IMG/VR virus record: IMGVR_UViG_3300033802_000281
DNA length: 64,000 bases
DNA from: a virus
Direction: 5' to 3' (one strand)
Shown here: positions 19,899 to 30,501 of the stretch, in pieces
How positions within the stretch are numbered: the first letter of the stretch is position 1
Layout of the letters: each line of letters opens with the position of its first letter
The notes under the pieces: generated by a model
What the model saw: the letters and a program-made list of their open reading frames with translations, nothing else
Told to the model about the DNA's origin: nothing
Database searches by the model: none
Translations under genes and position numbers: made by a program

Positions 19899-20162
19899 AT
19901 GATTCCAATTCCTCAAGGAGTAACAACTTGTTTATACTCAGGGATAAGTAGCAAGATTGAATTTATCAAGCGAGAGTTGGAAAGTCCAATGCCTTTAGAT
20001 AGATCTTATTTGCAAAAATATTATAAAGACGTTGTAGAAGCGGTTGAATTTTATAAAAAACATTGTGTGTTGTCTGCAAAATATCTTATTGATGCTTTAG
20101 ATGAAATCAGACCACATTTTGAAAATAATATTAAAAAGGCATCTCAAATCGAGATGCCGTAA
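19899..20162 (+). CDS. hypothetical protein
   Basis: ORF; SD GGGAG. Confidence 0.65.
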   Translation: MIPIPQGVTTCLYSGISSKIEFIKRELESPMPLDRSYLQKYYKDVVEAVEFYKKHCVLSAKYLIDALDEIRPHFENNIKKASQIEMP

Positions 20163-20166
20163 AGAT

Positions 20167-20400
20167 TCAAAATACGTCCATTTCAGTAACAACATCGGTC
20201 CAGCCTATTCGAACTCGTCTAGCTATAAGGGGGTATGACCGTCCGTCCCAAGTGCTAATCTCCCCATCCACTATAGAGATCGTGCGGCTACTTAGAGTGT
20301 TTCTGACTTGCTCTAAGGCTTGTTCTTTACATGGTGACATGACCGGGAAATAAACGGGTATTACAAGCGTTCCAGCTACGTACAATTTTTGATCCATCAT
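20167..20400 (-). CDS. small protein, paralog of 31098-31328, putatively LexA-regulated
   Basis: MMDQKLYVAGTLVIPV...; SD AAGAGGAG on minus strand. Confidence 0.7.
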   Translation of the reverse strand: MMDQKLYVAGTLVIPVYFPVMSPCKEQALEQVRNTLSSRTISIVDGEISTWDGRSYPLIARRVRIGWTDVVTEMDVF

Positions 20401-20478
20401 GTAACAACTCCTCTTTGTTAGTGGAGAAACATGGAAGATTAGCGGTAAAGAAATGATAACATGGATTGATAAGAAAAT

Positions 20479-20492
20479 CAAACATATGTTCG
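20479..20492. promoter_or_regulatory. putative LexA (SOS/Cheo) box CAAACATATGTTCG
   Basis: one mismatch to Bacillus consensus CGAACRNRYGTTCG. Confidence 0.7.
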
Positions 20493-20588
20493 TATAGTGT
20501 AAAGGAATAAAAGATACAAAAAAATATATAAAATTGATTAAATATTGACTTTACATGTGTAAATTTGGTAGAATGGAGGAAAGAAAGG

Positions 20589-20816
20589 ATGATTACTTTG
20601 GCAGAAAAACGAAAACGAACTTATCTAATTTCAGAAGAAGAAATGACAGAACGCAAACGATGGAGAATGAAACGTCTGGAAAAGGAAATAGAACTTCGAG
20701 AGATAGCACCACACCTTCAATGCTCGTATAATCTCTTGAGTATGTATGAACGTGGGAAAGCACCAATGGTAGCAGAAAAAATTAAGCTATATCGAGAGTA
20801 CATTGAGAAACATTAA
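20589..20816 (+). CDS. Cro/XRE-like HTH protein
   Basis: IELREIAPHLQCSYNLLSMYERGK; divergent from 20167-20400. Confidence 0.75.
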   Translation: MITLAEKRKRTYLISEEEMTERKRWRMKRLEKEIELREIAPHLQCSYNLLSMYERGKAPMVAEKIKLYREYIEKH

Positions 20817-21088
20817 TTCATGATCAAAATCTAATTTTATTGGAGGAATTTAAATGGCTGAGATGAAAATGTCTCAAATTCGCGATTGGTTGAATAATTA
20901 TCGTGATAACGGATTTAGAATAGTTTTTTTGGTCGTACCGGATACGACAAGATTGAGTTTGAAGCGAATCCAGAAAAGAAAAAAGTTATTGTCATGGGAA
21001 TGAACGAAACGGATTATGAAGCATTGAACACCGATCCGCTGATGGGAATGAAAGAGTATAACAACTAAGATATTGAAATTCAGATTTC

Positions 21089-21568
21089 GTGGGGAAAAGA
21101 GGGGCATCATTGAGACAAAACTTTAATGTTCAACTATTCGAACAATGGCTAAAGCGAAATTACGGAGAAGATATTGCCACCGCTCCTATAAACTCAATGA
21201 CACCTGTTGTTGGAGAGTTTCCAGATGGTAAACAGGAATATGTTTTCATTGTTAAGGCAGAGGAATGGCTTTATGAGCCACTCAAGGGTAAAACCATTGA
21301 TGATACTGTTCCTATGGCTGCGAAGGCTTATATGGAAGGTGACAAGTTGATTTGGGGGTTTAATGTAGATCCCGACATTAATCTAGAGTGTGAAATCCCT
21401 GCGAATAAAATCAAGAAGTTTTTGACTTTGCTAAAACAGCAGGATAAATTGACTGTGATTATCGTAAACCATATCACAATGAACATTGTATGGATGACAA
21501 ATAATTATCCATTTTGGAAGGTGCGAGATCAATTTAAACCGCTGTTTGATTATTTTGGAGTTAGGTAA
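21089..21568 (+). CDS. hypothetical protein
   Basis: 159 aa ORF; start uncertain. Confidence 0.65.
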   Translation: MGKRGASLRQNFNVQLFEQWLKRNYGEDIATAPINSMTPVVGEFPDGKQEYVFIVKAEEWLYEPLKGKTIDDTVPMAAKAYMEGDKLIWGFNVDPDINLECEIPANKIKKFLTLLKQQDKLTVIIVNHITMNIVWMTNNYPFWKVRDQFKPLFDYFGVR

Positions 21569-21800
21569 TAATTTCGATAAAAGACTCGTTTCATCCTAAT
21601 TGGAGGTATGGGCGTGAAACGTAAAGTAATCTATGACGTTGAAGAATTCGATGATATTAAAAAGTTAGTTTTATTACATTCAGATATACTTGAGACATCT
21701 GTTTCGTATGATGCCAAATCAGGGCATTATGTTGTTGAAATAACTGAGAGTTTTACCTTTGAGGAATTCAAATGAAATATTAGTTTTATCGGGATAGAGG

Positions 21801-22340
21801 GTGAATTTTCTGATAGAGTATATTGAAAAATTTGAAGGTATTATTGGTGCTTTATTAGGTGTTGTTGTAACATTAATCACTACACAATTATTGAAAAATA
21901 TTGGAAAAGTTAATTTTTATTTAGTAAAAGATGATTTTAAATTCACTAAGAATATCAAGGACGAGATAGGTCAAACGTATCCAGAAGAATGCAACAAGCA
22001 AGAATCTGATTGTTGTGTAGTTGACTTTGTAATTGAACTATATAATAATTCAGACACTAATAAAATATTAAGAGATATTAGAATAGGTTTTTATAATAAA
22101 AATAAGTTACAGTTATCGGTAATTCCATATGATAAAATCACAAAAAGAAGTAGCGCTCATTGGGTTACTTATGATGAATTATTGAATGTTAATATACCTG
22201 CAAAACAAATAATAAAGATAGAGATTTTAAAATACTTAAGAGATGATGACATTAGTTTAATAAAAAATTCGGATTCAGTGTTTTTGGAAATGAAAAACCA
22301 CAATGGGAAGAGATACAAATTTAAGGTTAAGTCTATATAA
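21801..22340 (+). CDS. hypothetical protein with N-terminal transmembrane helix
   Basis: GIIGALLGVVVTLITTQLL. Confidence 0.65.
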   Translation: MNFLIEYIEKFEGIIGALLGVVVTLITTQLLKNIGKVNFYLVKDDFKFTKNIKDEIGQTYPEECNKQESDCCVVDFVIELYNNSDTNKILRDIRIGFYNKNKLQLSVIPYDKITKRSSAHWVTYDELLNVNIPAKQIIKIEILKYLRDDDISLIKNSDSVFLEMKNHNGKRYKFKVKSI

Positions 22341-22369
22341 AACGGAATGATTTCAAGGAGTGATTAAAA

Positions 22370-22738
22370 ATGTTGATGTTGATTCAGAGTAAAGCTCGTA
22401 AGTCAGTATATATGACCTATCTCTACCATGGAATAGGAGATGATTGTCTATTTATTAAATTTGGAAACAACAGTAACCCGGTTATTACAGAGGCAAATTA
22501 TTTGGAGGTTAATCCTGATAATAACAAGACATTGAAAGAAAATTTAACTAGTCTTTTTGAGGTAGTGCTCAATGAAAATAAATATAGAACAGTATTTTTG
22601 TACGGTAATTTTCAAGTAAATGAAATTGATGATTTAAAAGAAGCTTATGATATTGTTGACAATAGAATTAATGTTATAGCTTCGATTCAAGATAATTCAA
22701 TTAAAAATGGAAGGTTGATAATTGATGAGTTTCAATAG
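22370..22738 (+). CDS. hypothetical protein
   Basis: SD AAGGAGTGA. Confidence 0.65.
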   Translation: MLMLIQSKARKSVYMTYLYHGIGDDCLFIKFGNNSNPVITEANYLEVNPDNNKTLKENLTSLFEVVLNENKYRTVFLYGNFQVNEIDDLKEAYDIVDNRINVIASIQDNSIKNGRLIIDEFQ

Positions 22739-23399
22739 GAGGTAATAAATGCATAAAAGAAATTAAACAAATAAAAAGAAACAACACATGAAATCCTGAT
22801 TTTATGCGAGGTTAAGAATATAAGTTGCTTCACAAATTATGAAAGGAGAATAAAGAAAGATGAGACAAGAACTACTCAAATAATGGATTTCAAATATGTT
22901 TCTCTTGATGAAATGAAAGAACATAAGGTGGAACTTAAAAATTGCAATTGGCAAGAAATTGAATGGGATGAAGAAAATCTAAAAGCTTCGTACAAGTTGA
23001 TCGAGGAATATGACACGGATAATTAATCAATTATTACAATTCTAACGATAGATTTGATCAAATTGAAAAACATCCTAAAGAATTTATTGAAGCTATTAAA
23101 CAAGGCATGAACGGATATCATATTGTTGTGTTGGGGATATGGCAGCAGTAAACATGTAAATACATTTAGTAAATCATTGTAAAAATGTAATAGTGACAAA
23201 ATCATACCACACAGATGATCCAAAAATGTATATCAAAATGCACTTAATATCATTGGTTGGAGGAATGATTCTAAACATTTGGAATATCGAAAGAAATTGT
23301 TATCAATTACTAAAGAAATGATTAAGTATGAAGAAGAAAAATAGAAAAATTAATTGTCTTGAAGAAGAATTGAGAAAAAATTGAAAGGAGTTATGTACT

Positions 23400-23666
23400 A
23401 TGCAGTATAAAATTTTAACTGTCGAAAAAGATGATTTTATTCCTAGATATAAAGAATTTGATATAGATAAATTAGAATTTAGTAATGGGTATTTTGAGTA
23501 TAAAGGAAATAGATACGAAGTAAATATCAATGGTGACGAGCGTAATTACATTACTAGATTTGATAAATCACAAGACTTCCCTGTATTATACATGAGGAAT
23601 GATGTATTTTCTCAAGACGGAGAATTTACATGGATGTTGGATGATATTGTATTGTATGAGATTTGA
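23400..23666 (+). CDS. hypothetical protein
   Basis: SD AAGGAG. Confidence 0.65.
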   Translation: MQYKILTVEKDDFIPRYKEFDIDKLEFSNGYFEYKGNRYEVNINGDERNYITRFDKSQDFPVLYMRNDVFSQDGEFTWMLDDIVLYEI

Positions 23667-24164
23667 CCATAAAACACGGATTTGAAGGAGAGTGAGAAAT
23701 TTGAATATTACTATTGGTAATATAATTGAATTTGTTTTAGAGGAAAATTGATTGACGGTAAATTAACTTATCCTAATGACAAGGTAATTTTAATTAGCGG
23801 ATGACAAATATCTATTACATTTTGTAAAAAATGCTTTGATAAGCTTAAAAAGTAAAGTTCGAATAACATTTGTATGAAAATAGGAGTGTTAAAATGACTC
23901 TATCAGATTCTAAAAAAGTATTACAAAATTAATCAAAGAGATAACTGGAATTATATTATTATTGATAACTATAATTTTAAGCGAATAAGAGATTAAGTAT
24001 AAATTTAAAATGTTATAAGATAGTGAGGTGGATTATCTTGATGCATCACGATGAAGAGTAATATAATTTCAAATTGATAATTTGTTTACTTTTTTTTATT
24101 GTACAGGTCTACTATAGAAGAGAATATATAAAGCTTTAAAGGAATAAAGGAGATGCAATAAAAG

Positions 24165-24413
24165 ATGAGGGGAATTAAGAACAAGATAGTTGAATTGTGT
24201 CAAGGTACAGATATTGATGTTGTCAAGGTTGATATTAAAAACATGTATATTAGTGTGCGTTTGCCGTATGATTCGAATATTATTACCATTGACCTTGAAG
24301 GTGAGACTCAAGAAGAAGTATTAGAATCATTCGTTGATGGTGTGAATAAAGAACTAGACGAAATGATAAATTATTTGGAAGATTGTAAATTATCAAAATC
24401 TCAAATAATTTAA
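24165..24413 (+). CDS. hypothetical protein
   Basis: ORF; SD AAGGAG. Confidence 0.6.
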   Translation: MRGIKNKIVELCQGTDIDVVKVDIKNMYISVRLPYDSNIITIDLEGETQEEVLESFVDGVNKELDEMINYLEDCKLSKSQII

Positions 24414-24436
24414 TATCTTATGAAAGAGTTATTATA

Positions 24437-24649
24437 ATGAAAACCATTTTTGAAATTTTAAGAGAAGCAACATCGAAAAATATTATATCAATTAAACAAT
24501 ACAATGATGGTGTTCCTGTATTCATTGTTTACCGTATTGTGTGGGAAACGAAAAATCATTATATTTTACAAATATGCTCAACTGAAGATCAAGCAAAAAA
24601 TTCTATTAAGGATAAGCCTTCTGAAGAGTTTTTTATCAAAAAGTATTGA
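24437..24649 (+). CDS. hypothetical protein
   Basis: ORF track. Confidence 0.5.
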   Translation: MKTIFEILREATSKNIISIKQYNDGVPVFIVYRIVWETKNHYILQICSTEDQAKNSIKDKPSEEFFIKKY

Positions 24650-24804
24650 TTCGTTAGTTATATTTTTATAGGAGAGTGATTATTATATGTTGAGAAATAA
24701 CTATAAACTTTATGAAGTTGCTGGTGAATATGGGTTGCAAGCTTTTTATGAAACTGAAATAAAACATTAATTAGATAATGAAATTTAATTAGGGAGATAG
24801 CTTT

Positions 24805-25242
24805 ATGAAACCAATAGAATTATATCGACGTCAACCAGAAAAAGTAACAAAAGAAATTGGATATCTTAAAGGATTTTACTATGACCATATCCCTGAGATT
24901 AATGAAGAATGGGAATGGGAATTGTGGAGACTAGATAATGAGAAAATAGAAATTAGATTTTATAAAGATCACTGTTTTGATGATAGAAGAATTTGGAGAC
25001 TTGCTTCTGTTTGGTTTGATGGCAATCCTGTAATGATCATTCAGAATGCAGGCAGAGAAGGAGACGATTATTCAAGAAGATTTATTACTGATAAAAATAA
25101 ATATATTGAAATGATTGATTACATTAAGTCATTGATTAGAACAGATAATGAAATAAAAGATCTTGTTGATCTTGAACAAGAATGTGGGGAACTTGTTACA
25201 TTTTATGGATATACTTTGGATGGAGATTTTAATACATTGTAA
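24805..25242 (+). CDS. conserved hypothetical phage protein
   Basis: SD GGGAG; paralogous fragment at 14330. Confidence 0.75.
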   Translation: MKPIELYRRQPEKVTKEIGYLKGFYYDHIPEINEEWEWELWRLDNEKIEIRFYKDHCFDDRRIWRLASVWFDGNPVMIIQNAGREGDDYSRRFITDKNKYIEMIDYIKSLIRTDNEIKDLVDLEQECGELVTFYGYTLDGDFNTL

Positions 25243-25277
25243 ATAAAATTCAGTATCTTATTAGGAGGAAATAAAAA

Positions 25278-25550
25278 ATGAGAAAAAATATTGCAATCAA
25301 AGAATTAGTATTAGGTTCAAAAAAGATTAAGGTTGAGTTGGTTGATAACAATAGAGCAGGATGGAAAGGAACTGTTTGCAGAATTTACGAACCGTGGTGG
25401 TTACCGTTTTTCAAATGGAAGAAAACTTATGAAACTGAAGTGGTCGGAATTAGAACTAATCTTGTATCAATTATTAAAGAAGCAGTATTTAGGTACTTAT
25501 ATGAAGAGGAAGTAAATAATAAGACGCTAAAAGAATTAAATACCATATGA
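25278..25550 (+). CDS. hypothetical protein
   Basis: SD AGGAGG. Confidence 0.7.
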   Translation: MRKNIAIKELVLGSKKIKVELVDNNRAGWKGTVCRIYEPWWLPFFKWKKTYETEVVGIRTNLVSIIKEAVFRYLYEEEVNNKTLKELNTI

Positions 25551-25785
25551 ACACTCTTGCGTATAGTATTCTAATTGAACATATAACACCAGATAAAGTT
25601 GCTAATTTTTTGCGATTTGAAGAATGTGTCTATGTAGAAGTTAAGCAAAATGAATTATAGAAAATCACCGAAAAATCTGTTTAAATGTAGCAGTTGCAGG
25701 GAGTATTGTAATGTATGATAGAATAAATAAAATGGCACAAAAGAACGTTGTATGAAATAATTTTAGAGGAAGGGAAATAAAATAG

Positions 25786-25968
25786 ATGATAAAAACTTGG
25801 AGAACTATATATAGACATCGTGATTATGATATTAAAATTCTTGATCCGGCAGAGATGGGTGATGATTTAGGATATAAAGTTGAAGAAATTTCTGACAAAT
25901 CTTTTCCAACATTAGTAGAAGCAATGAAGGCTATAGACGATCTTTATACAAGTTGGGGGTATGAATAA
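25786..25968 (+). CDS. hypothetical protein
   Basis: ORF; SD AAGGGA. Confidence 0.6.
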   Translation: MIKTWRTIYRHRDYDIKILDPAEMGDDLGYKVEEISDKSFPTLVEAMKAIDDLYTSWGYE

Positions 25969-25987
25969 ATAATAAGTAGGTGAAAAA

Positions 25988-26263
25988 ATGAAGTCATCCG
26001 AATTTTATAACAGAAAAAAGAACTTGGTGAAATATTTTTTGAATGAAGAAAAATGGTCAATTAACAAATATGGAGAATTTGAATATTATAAAGGGAAACG
26101 AAACTTAAGAGAATTACGGTTTATTCTAGATTTAGTTTTTGGAGATGAAATGAAGATATTATCAGAAATATATGAGAAAGATGACAAGGGAAAAATTATT
26201 GGCGGATCAATTATTGGAGAGATTTATAGCGATGGGCGTAAAACCCCTACGCCTTTAGGCTAG
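25988..26263 (+). CDS. hypothetical protein whose C-terminus was replaced by a MITE insertion
   Basis: removing 26228-26491 restores ...GEIY-KKEENIK* ending in an ATGA overlap with 26512. Confidence 0.75.
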   Translation: MKSSEFYNRKKNLVKYFLNEEKWSINKYGEFEYYKGKRNLRELRFILDLVFGDEMKILSEIYEKDDKGKIIGGSIIGEIYSDGRKTPTPLG

Positions 26264-26491
26264 GGGATGTAAGCCCTAATGACTTTGTTCTTGAATATAT
26301 TTTTGGATAATCTCTTTGCTTACATTTCCAATACTACAAGAAAAATATCCATCACTCCAAAAGGTTCGTTCTGTTTCGCAAGGAAGCCTTGCGATTAACC
26401 GTAGGGACTACGGGGATAGCCTAATCAATTAGAGTTCGATAGAACTTTGTACTTAGGAATCCACTATGGCTTTAGCCTAGTGGTAGTTCAA
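26228..26491 (+). mobile_element. 264-bp non-autonomous IS200/IS605-family MITE retaining an omegaRNA-like 3' end
   Basis: TTAT left of insertion; LE AAAA-CCCCTACGCCTTTAGGCTAGGGG hairpin; RE GAAT-CCACTATGGCTTTAGCCTAGTGG-TAGTTCAA; ACCGTAGGGACTACGGGGATAGCCT tnpB 3'-end-like tract. Confidence 0.85.
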
Positions 26492-26511
26492 AAAAAGGAG
26501 GAAAATATAAA

Positions 26512-26967
26512 ATGAAAATGAATATTCGTAGAAGTGTTTTTGAAACAAATTCAAGCTCTATGCATTCAGTATCTATTAGTGATGTTGACCATCTTGTTAC
26601 ATATAACGAACCTATTTTTGGCCGTTTTGGAGAATTCGGTTGGGGATATGAAGAACTTACTAGTGTTGAAGATAAGCTATCTTACGTTCTTACATCAATT
26701 CAATATTATGACAGTTCAGACGAATATACAATTGAAAATTCTCAATTTTATATTTGGCTCAATGAAATGGTAAAAGATTTTACCGGATTCGAAATTGATT
26801 TAAAAATTAATTACGGTGATTTTCATCCTATTGGCTATGTTGATCATCAAAGTATCAATATTCTTAATGAATATTGGGATGGAGATGAAATTAAGTTTAA
26901 AGAAAATATGAAAGAATTAATTTTTAATCAAAAATACAAAATTATTATTGACAACGACAACCACTAA
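26512..26967 (+). CDS. conserved hypothetical protein (IRRSVFETNSSS motif), partner of radical SAM gene
   Basis: N-terminal RRSVFETNSSSMHS; SD AAGGAGG. Confidence 0.75.
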   Translation: MKMNIRRSVFETNSSSMHSVSISDVDHLVTYNEPIFGRFGEFGWGYEELTSVEDKLSYVLTSIQYYDSSDEYTIENSQFYIWLNEMVKDFTGFEIDLKINYGDFHPIGYVDHQSINILNEYWDGDEIKFKENMKELIFNQKYKIIIDNDNH

Positions 26968-26978
26968 AAGGTGATAAA

Positions 26979-27860
26979 ATGAGCATTTTGTTGGAACGGT
27001 ATAGAAACGGAAATTATACTGTTGAGCTATATGATGACGGAACTAAAATCCGATATACTAATAATGATGAATTTATTTCGGAATTTCCTGAAAACATTGA
27101 TGTTAAAATAACAAACTATTGTGATGCTGGCTGTGCTTATTGTCATGAAAATTCGACTGTAGAAGGTCTTCATGGCGATCTTAACGCTAAGTTTTTTGAT
27201 ACACTCAGAACGGGTACGGAATTGGCTATAGGAGGCGGGAACCCGCTCTCACACCCGAAATTAGTCCCGTTTCTAAGGCGGATAAAAGATCAGGGTGTTA
27301 TTTCAAACTTGACAGTTAACCAGATACATTTTGAAAAGTCTCAAGAACTAATTGATATGCTTGTTACTGATGGGCTTATTAAAGGTTTGGGAATTTCTTT
27401 TATGAGATACAGTGATAAATTTATTCGTGCTGTGCAAAAATATGACAACGCAGTACTTCATGTTATTAATGGCGTTGTTAATCTAAAAGAACTCGAGAAA
27501 TTGTATAATAGTAATTTGAAACTTCTTATTTTAGGCTACAAGTATCTTCGCAGGGGAGAAAGCTATTATAGTCCAAAAGTAGAAGATAAAAAGCAAGAGA
27601 TTTATGATAACATTCATAAAATTATCAAAGGTTTTAAAGTAGTCAGCTTTGACAATTTGGCAATTGAACAACTTAATATTCGCAGACTTTTTACTAAAGA
27701 CGATTGGGAAAAGTTTTATATGGGCGATGACGGGAATTTTACTATGTATGTTGATGTTGTTAAAAAAGAGTTTGCGATTAGTTCGACTTCACTAAAAAGA
27801 TATAAGTTGATGGATCGTATTGATGATATGTTTAAGGTAGTAAAATCTCAAATCGCTTAA
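26979..27860 (+). CDS. radical SAM protein
   Basis: CDAGCAYC CX3CX2C; GGGNPL. Confidence 0.9.
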   Translation: MSILLERYRNGNYTVELYDDGTKIRYTNNDEFISEFPENIDVKITNYCDAGCAYCHENSTVEGLHGDLNAKFFDTLRTGTELAIGGGNPLSHPKLVPFLRRIKDQGVISNLTVNQIHFEKSQELIDMLVTDGLIKGLGISFMRYSDKFIRAVQKYDNAVLHVINGVVNLKELEKLYNSNLKLLILGYKYLRRGESYYSPKVEDKKQEIYDNIHKIIKGFKVVSFDNLAIEQLNIRRLFTKDDWEKFYMGDDGNFTMYVDVVKKEFAISSTSLKRYKLMDRIDDMFKVVKSQIA

Positions 27861-27870
27861 TGGTGATCAA

Positions 27871-28077
27871 ATGAAGAAAAAGAGAAGAACACAAAGAGAA
27901 ATTGGGTTTATTCAGGGAGTAGCGTATGCCACTTATCTTTTATGCGTATTTGACGAACCAACATATGCAAAAGGAATAATCAAAGAATCGGGAATCAATA
28001 TTGAAGATATTAGAAAATATGCATCAAAAGAAGATTTAGAGGTACTTGAAGAAAAGGTTTTTATAAGTTTTGAATAA
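27871..28077 (+). CDS. hypothetical protein
   Basis: ORF; SD GGTGA. Confidence 0.6.
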   Translation: MKKKRRTQREIGFIQGVAYATYLLCVFDEPTYAKGIIKESGINIEDIRKYASKEDLEVLEEKVFISFE

Positions 28078-28718
28078 ATTTAATTAGGTGTGAAAATATG
28101 AGCAATCAAAAATTTGCAATTCGTGACATTGGTGGATTTTCTATTATTTATTCTACAACAAACGAAACATTAATAGAAAAGAGATTTTTTGATCAAATAA
28201 ATAATTATAAGATAAATGTAACGGGTTAATTTGTGATATATATGTTAATCCCGTATTTATTGATATCGCAAAATCATTTATCGGGAAGAAAATTAAAGTT
28301 CATATAGGAGATATATCTAGAGAATCAAAAATATTGGCTGTAACGGATGGTAAAATTACAATACAATTTGAGAAAGATATTGGTGTGGAAAGTGATTTAT
28401 TTTGAAGGATCGAGTAATGGATATTTTTGAACAATTTGAATCAAATAAAAAAGAATAAAATGAGTCGCAAAAACTAGAGATCTACAAAAAGAAGAATTTT
28501 TAAAGATGTTGAACGAAATAGTAGACTATTTTATTTATATTCTTGGCGAAGAAAAAACAAAAGTTTCTTCATAGATGGTTTGAATGGCGATGGAAGTCAA
28601 TACAAAGATATTGAATATGTTACTAATGAAGTAAATAGTTTGCTAAAACAACTGATTACAATAAAAGAGAAGTCAGTTAATGTATCTGAAATTAAGGTGA
28701 AGAACAGAATAAAAGATA

Positions 28719-28970
28719 TTGATAAAGATCCACAATAAAAAAGTTATTTTATCTATAGGTCATATGAAACAAAAGAAATTTTCGACATTTATCGAAGCTG
28801 TTTCTTATTGTGAATCAAAAGGCAAAATGAAGTTTATTGGACGTATAGGGCAAAAATATGAATATGCTCTATATAATCTATATATAGAAAATCGGGTCTA
28901 CACATTAGAGATAAGAGAAGATGGGTTGTTACGGGTTAGAGACAAGAGATTAAAATTAGATAATGAATGA
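28719..28970 (+). CDS. hypothetical protein
   Basis: ORF track. Confidence 0.5.
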   Translation: MIKIHNKKVILSIGHMKQKKFSTFIEAVSYCESKGKMKFIGRIGQKYEYALYNLYIENRVYTLEIREDGLLRVRDKRLKLDNE

Positions 28971-28984
28971 AAGGAGAATGTAAA

Positions 28985-29158
28985 ATGAAAGTAAGTGAGA
29001 GAACTTTAATTGACAAAGTGTTTGAAGGTATTCAGCAAAATGGATGGACAATTTTAAACGGAATGGGAAGGGGAAGCTACAACACATCCGCAACTAATAA
29101 AACTATGGTTGCTCCATTGGTAGAATACTTGAAGAGTAAGGGAATTGAAGTGAAGTGA
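28985..29158 (+). CDS. hypothetical protein
   Basis: SD AAGGAG; in track ORF 28967-29158. Confidence 0.55.
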   Translation: MKVSERTLIDKVFEGIQQNGWTILNGMGRGSYNTSATNKTMVAPLVEYLKSKGIEVK

Positions 29159-29181
29159 AATGGTACGAGATACTGTAAAAG

Positions 29182-29565
29182 TTAAGGATTTAATTTTCGG
29201 CCACTTCTTGTTGAACGAAATTCAACATTTCCTTGGTCGTCAACAGTAGCAAGCACAGGAGTAGCTCCGCGTTTTGTAGCTGTTTGATTGAGACGTTGCA
29301 AATCTTTACCGCTCAAGCTTGTAGGAGCGTTGCTACCAGACTTAACTTGAACTTCCCATTTTCTTGAGCCAAAGTTGGCATGAAGATCAGCAGCGCCTCT
29401 GCTTCCGGGTGATTGCTCGACGCTTGCGCCAGCACGGCGGAGAATATTTACTACTTTATTTTCCGCCTGAATTCCTTTTTTGTAGTTATTATTTTTAGGC
29501 AGTGTGTAAGCCCCCTTAACATAAGATGTTAAACACAATATCTCGTACCTATCTAATTTTAACAT
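29182..29565 (-). CDS. PD-(D/E)xK nuclease of Holliday-junction-resolvase (Hjc-like) type
   Basis: GIQAENKVVNIL...SPGSRGAADL...EVQVKS; opposite strand; best SD AAGGGGG precedes an in-frame CTG at 29502. Confidence 0.7.
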   Translation of the reverse strand: MLKLDRYEILCLTSYVKGAYTLPKNNNYKKGIQAENKVVNILRRAGASVEQSPGSRGAADLHANFGSRKWEVQVKSGSNAPTSLSGKDLQRLNQTATKRGATPVLATVDDQGNVEFRSTRSGRKLNP

Positions 29566-29811
29566 ACAACATATGGTATTTCAAGAAATAATAAAGGAGG
29601 GCATTAGATGTTTATGTTAGTTGGTTAAATTATTGATGAGGTTACGAAAAAGGAAAAATTAATTGAGCATTTAGGGCATTTAGTCTGTCTTTCAGTAGAA
29701 AAAGGTGATTATGAAGAAGCTAAAAGGAACGCCGAATTTGTTCGAGATGAAAGATTAAAATTAAATTAGTTTAAGAATCAGCCAGCAAAGTAAACAAATT
29801 CTCTTGATGAA

Positions 29812-30000
29812 GTGCATGTAAATGACTGGCGTACAGTGATTAAAATGATTGGAACGTTTTCTCAGTATCAAGATTCTACTGTTAATCGACTTAGAGATTT
29901 GATATGGTTTGCAAACAGACTTGGATTTCATGATACTGCCGATTCAATTAAAGAACTGATAAAAACAATAATTGATAAAATGACGGTATATAGGATGTGA
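29812..30000 (+). CDS. hypothetical protein
   Basis: ORF track. Confidence 0.45.
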   Translation: MHVNDWRTVIKMIGTFSQYQDSTVNRLRDLIWFANRLGFHDTADSIKELIKTIIDKMTVYRM

Positions 30001-30007
30001 ATTTGTT

Positions 30008-30217
30008 TTGGTTGATAAAGTTGAAAACTATATAATTAACTATATTGAACGATGCACAGATAAAGATTTAGAAAGATATTTTATAGAATTATATTTAATG
30101 AAAAATAATAGTATCGGAAACCCTATTGAAATTAAGAAATTCATCGATCATATAAAAAATTCATTGGGTGTTTCGTATATATCATTATATAGAATATCGG
30201 AAGCAATTTTGTTTTGA
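30008..30217 (+). CDS. hypothetical protein
   Basis: ORF track. Confidence 0.45.
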   Translation: MVDKVENYIINYIERCTDKDLERYFIELYLMKNNSIGNPIEIKKFIDHIKNSLGVSYISLYRISEAILF

Positions 30218-30420
30218 AATTGCCAAAAGAAAGTATAGAGAAGATAGTATTAATATTTAAGAAAGGAGGCTAAAACAATGTATAAGGTAGTTACCAGAGA
30301 GGTTTGGAAAGGTAAGATTTTTATCTCAGAATACTATTTTGAAAATAGGCAACAACTGGACAAATTTATTGAAATTTGTGAGAACCAAATTCAAATTGAA
30401 TTTGTTGAAGTAGCATAAAA

Positions 30421-30434
30421 AGAACATATGTTTC
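30421..30434. promoter_or_regulatory. putative LexA box AGAACATATGTTTC upstream of mazF
   Basis: GAAC-N4-GTTT core. Confidence 0.55.
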
Positions 30435-30501
30435 GGTTGCAAAATATGAAAATTATAGTATTATATTAATTAAGAATAAAAAAATAATTGAGGTGATATT
30501 A

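Noticed and set aside
20854-21070. Programmed -1 frameshift at T_TTT_TTG (~20924-20930) joining two short frames
   Set aside because: Cannot be told apart from decay or a homopolymer error; product unrecognised
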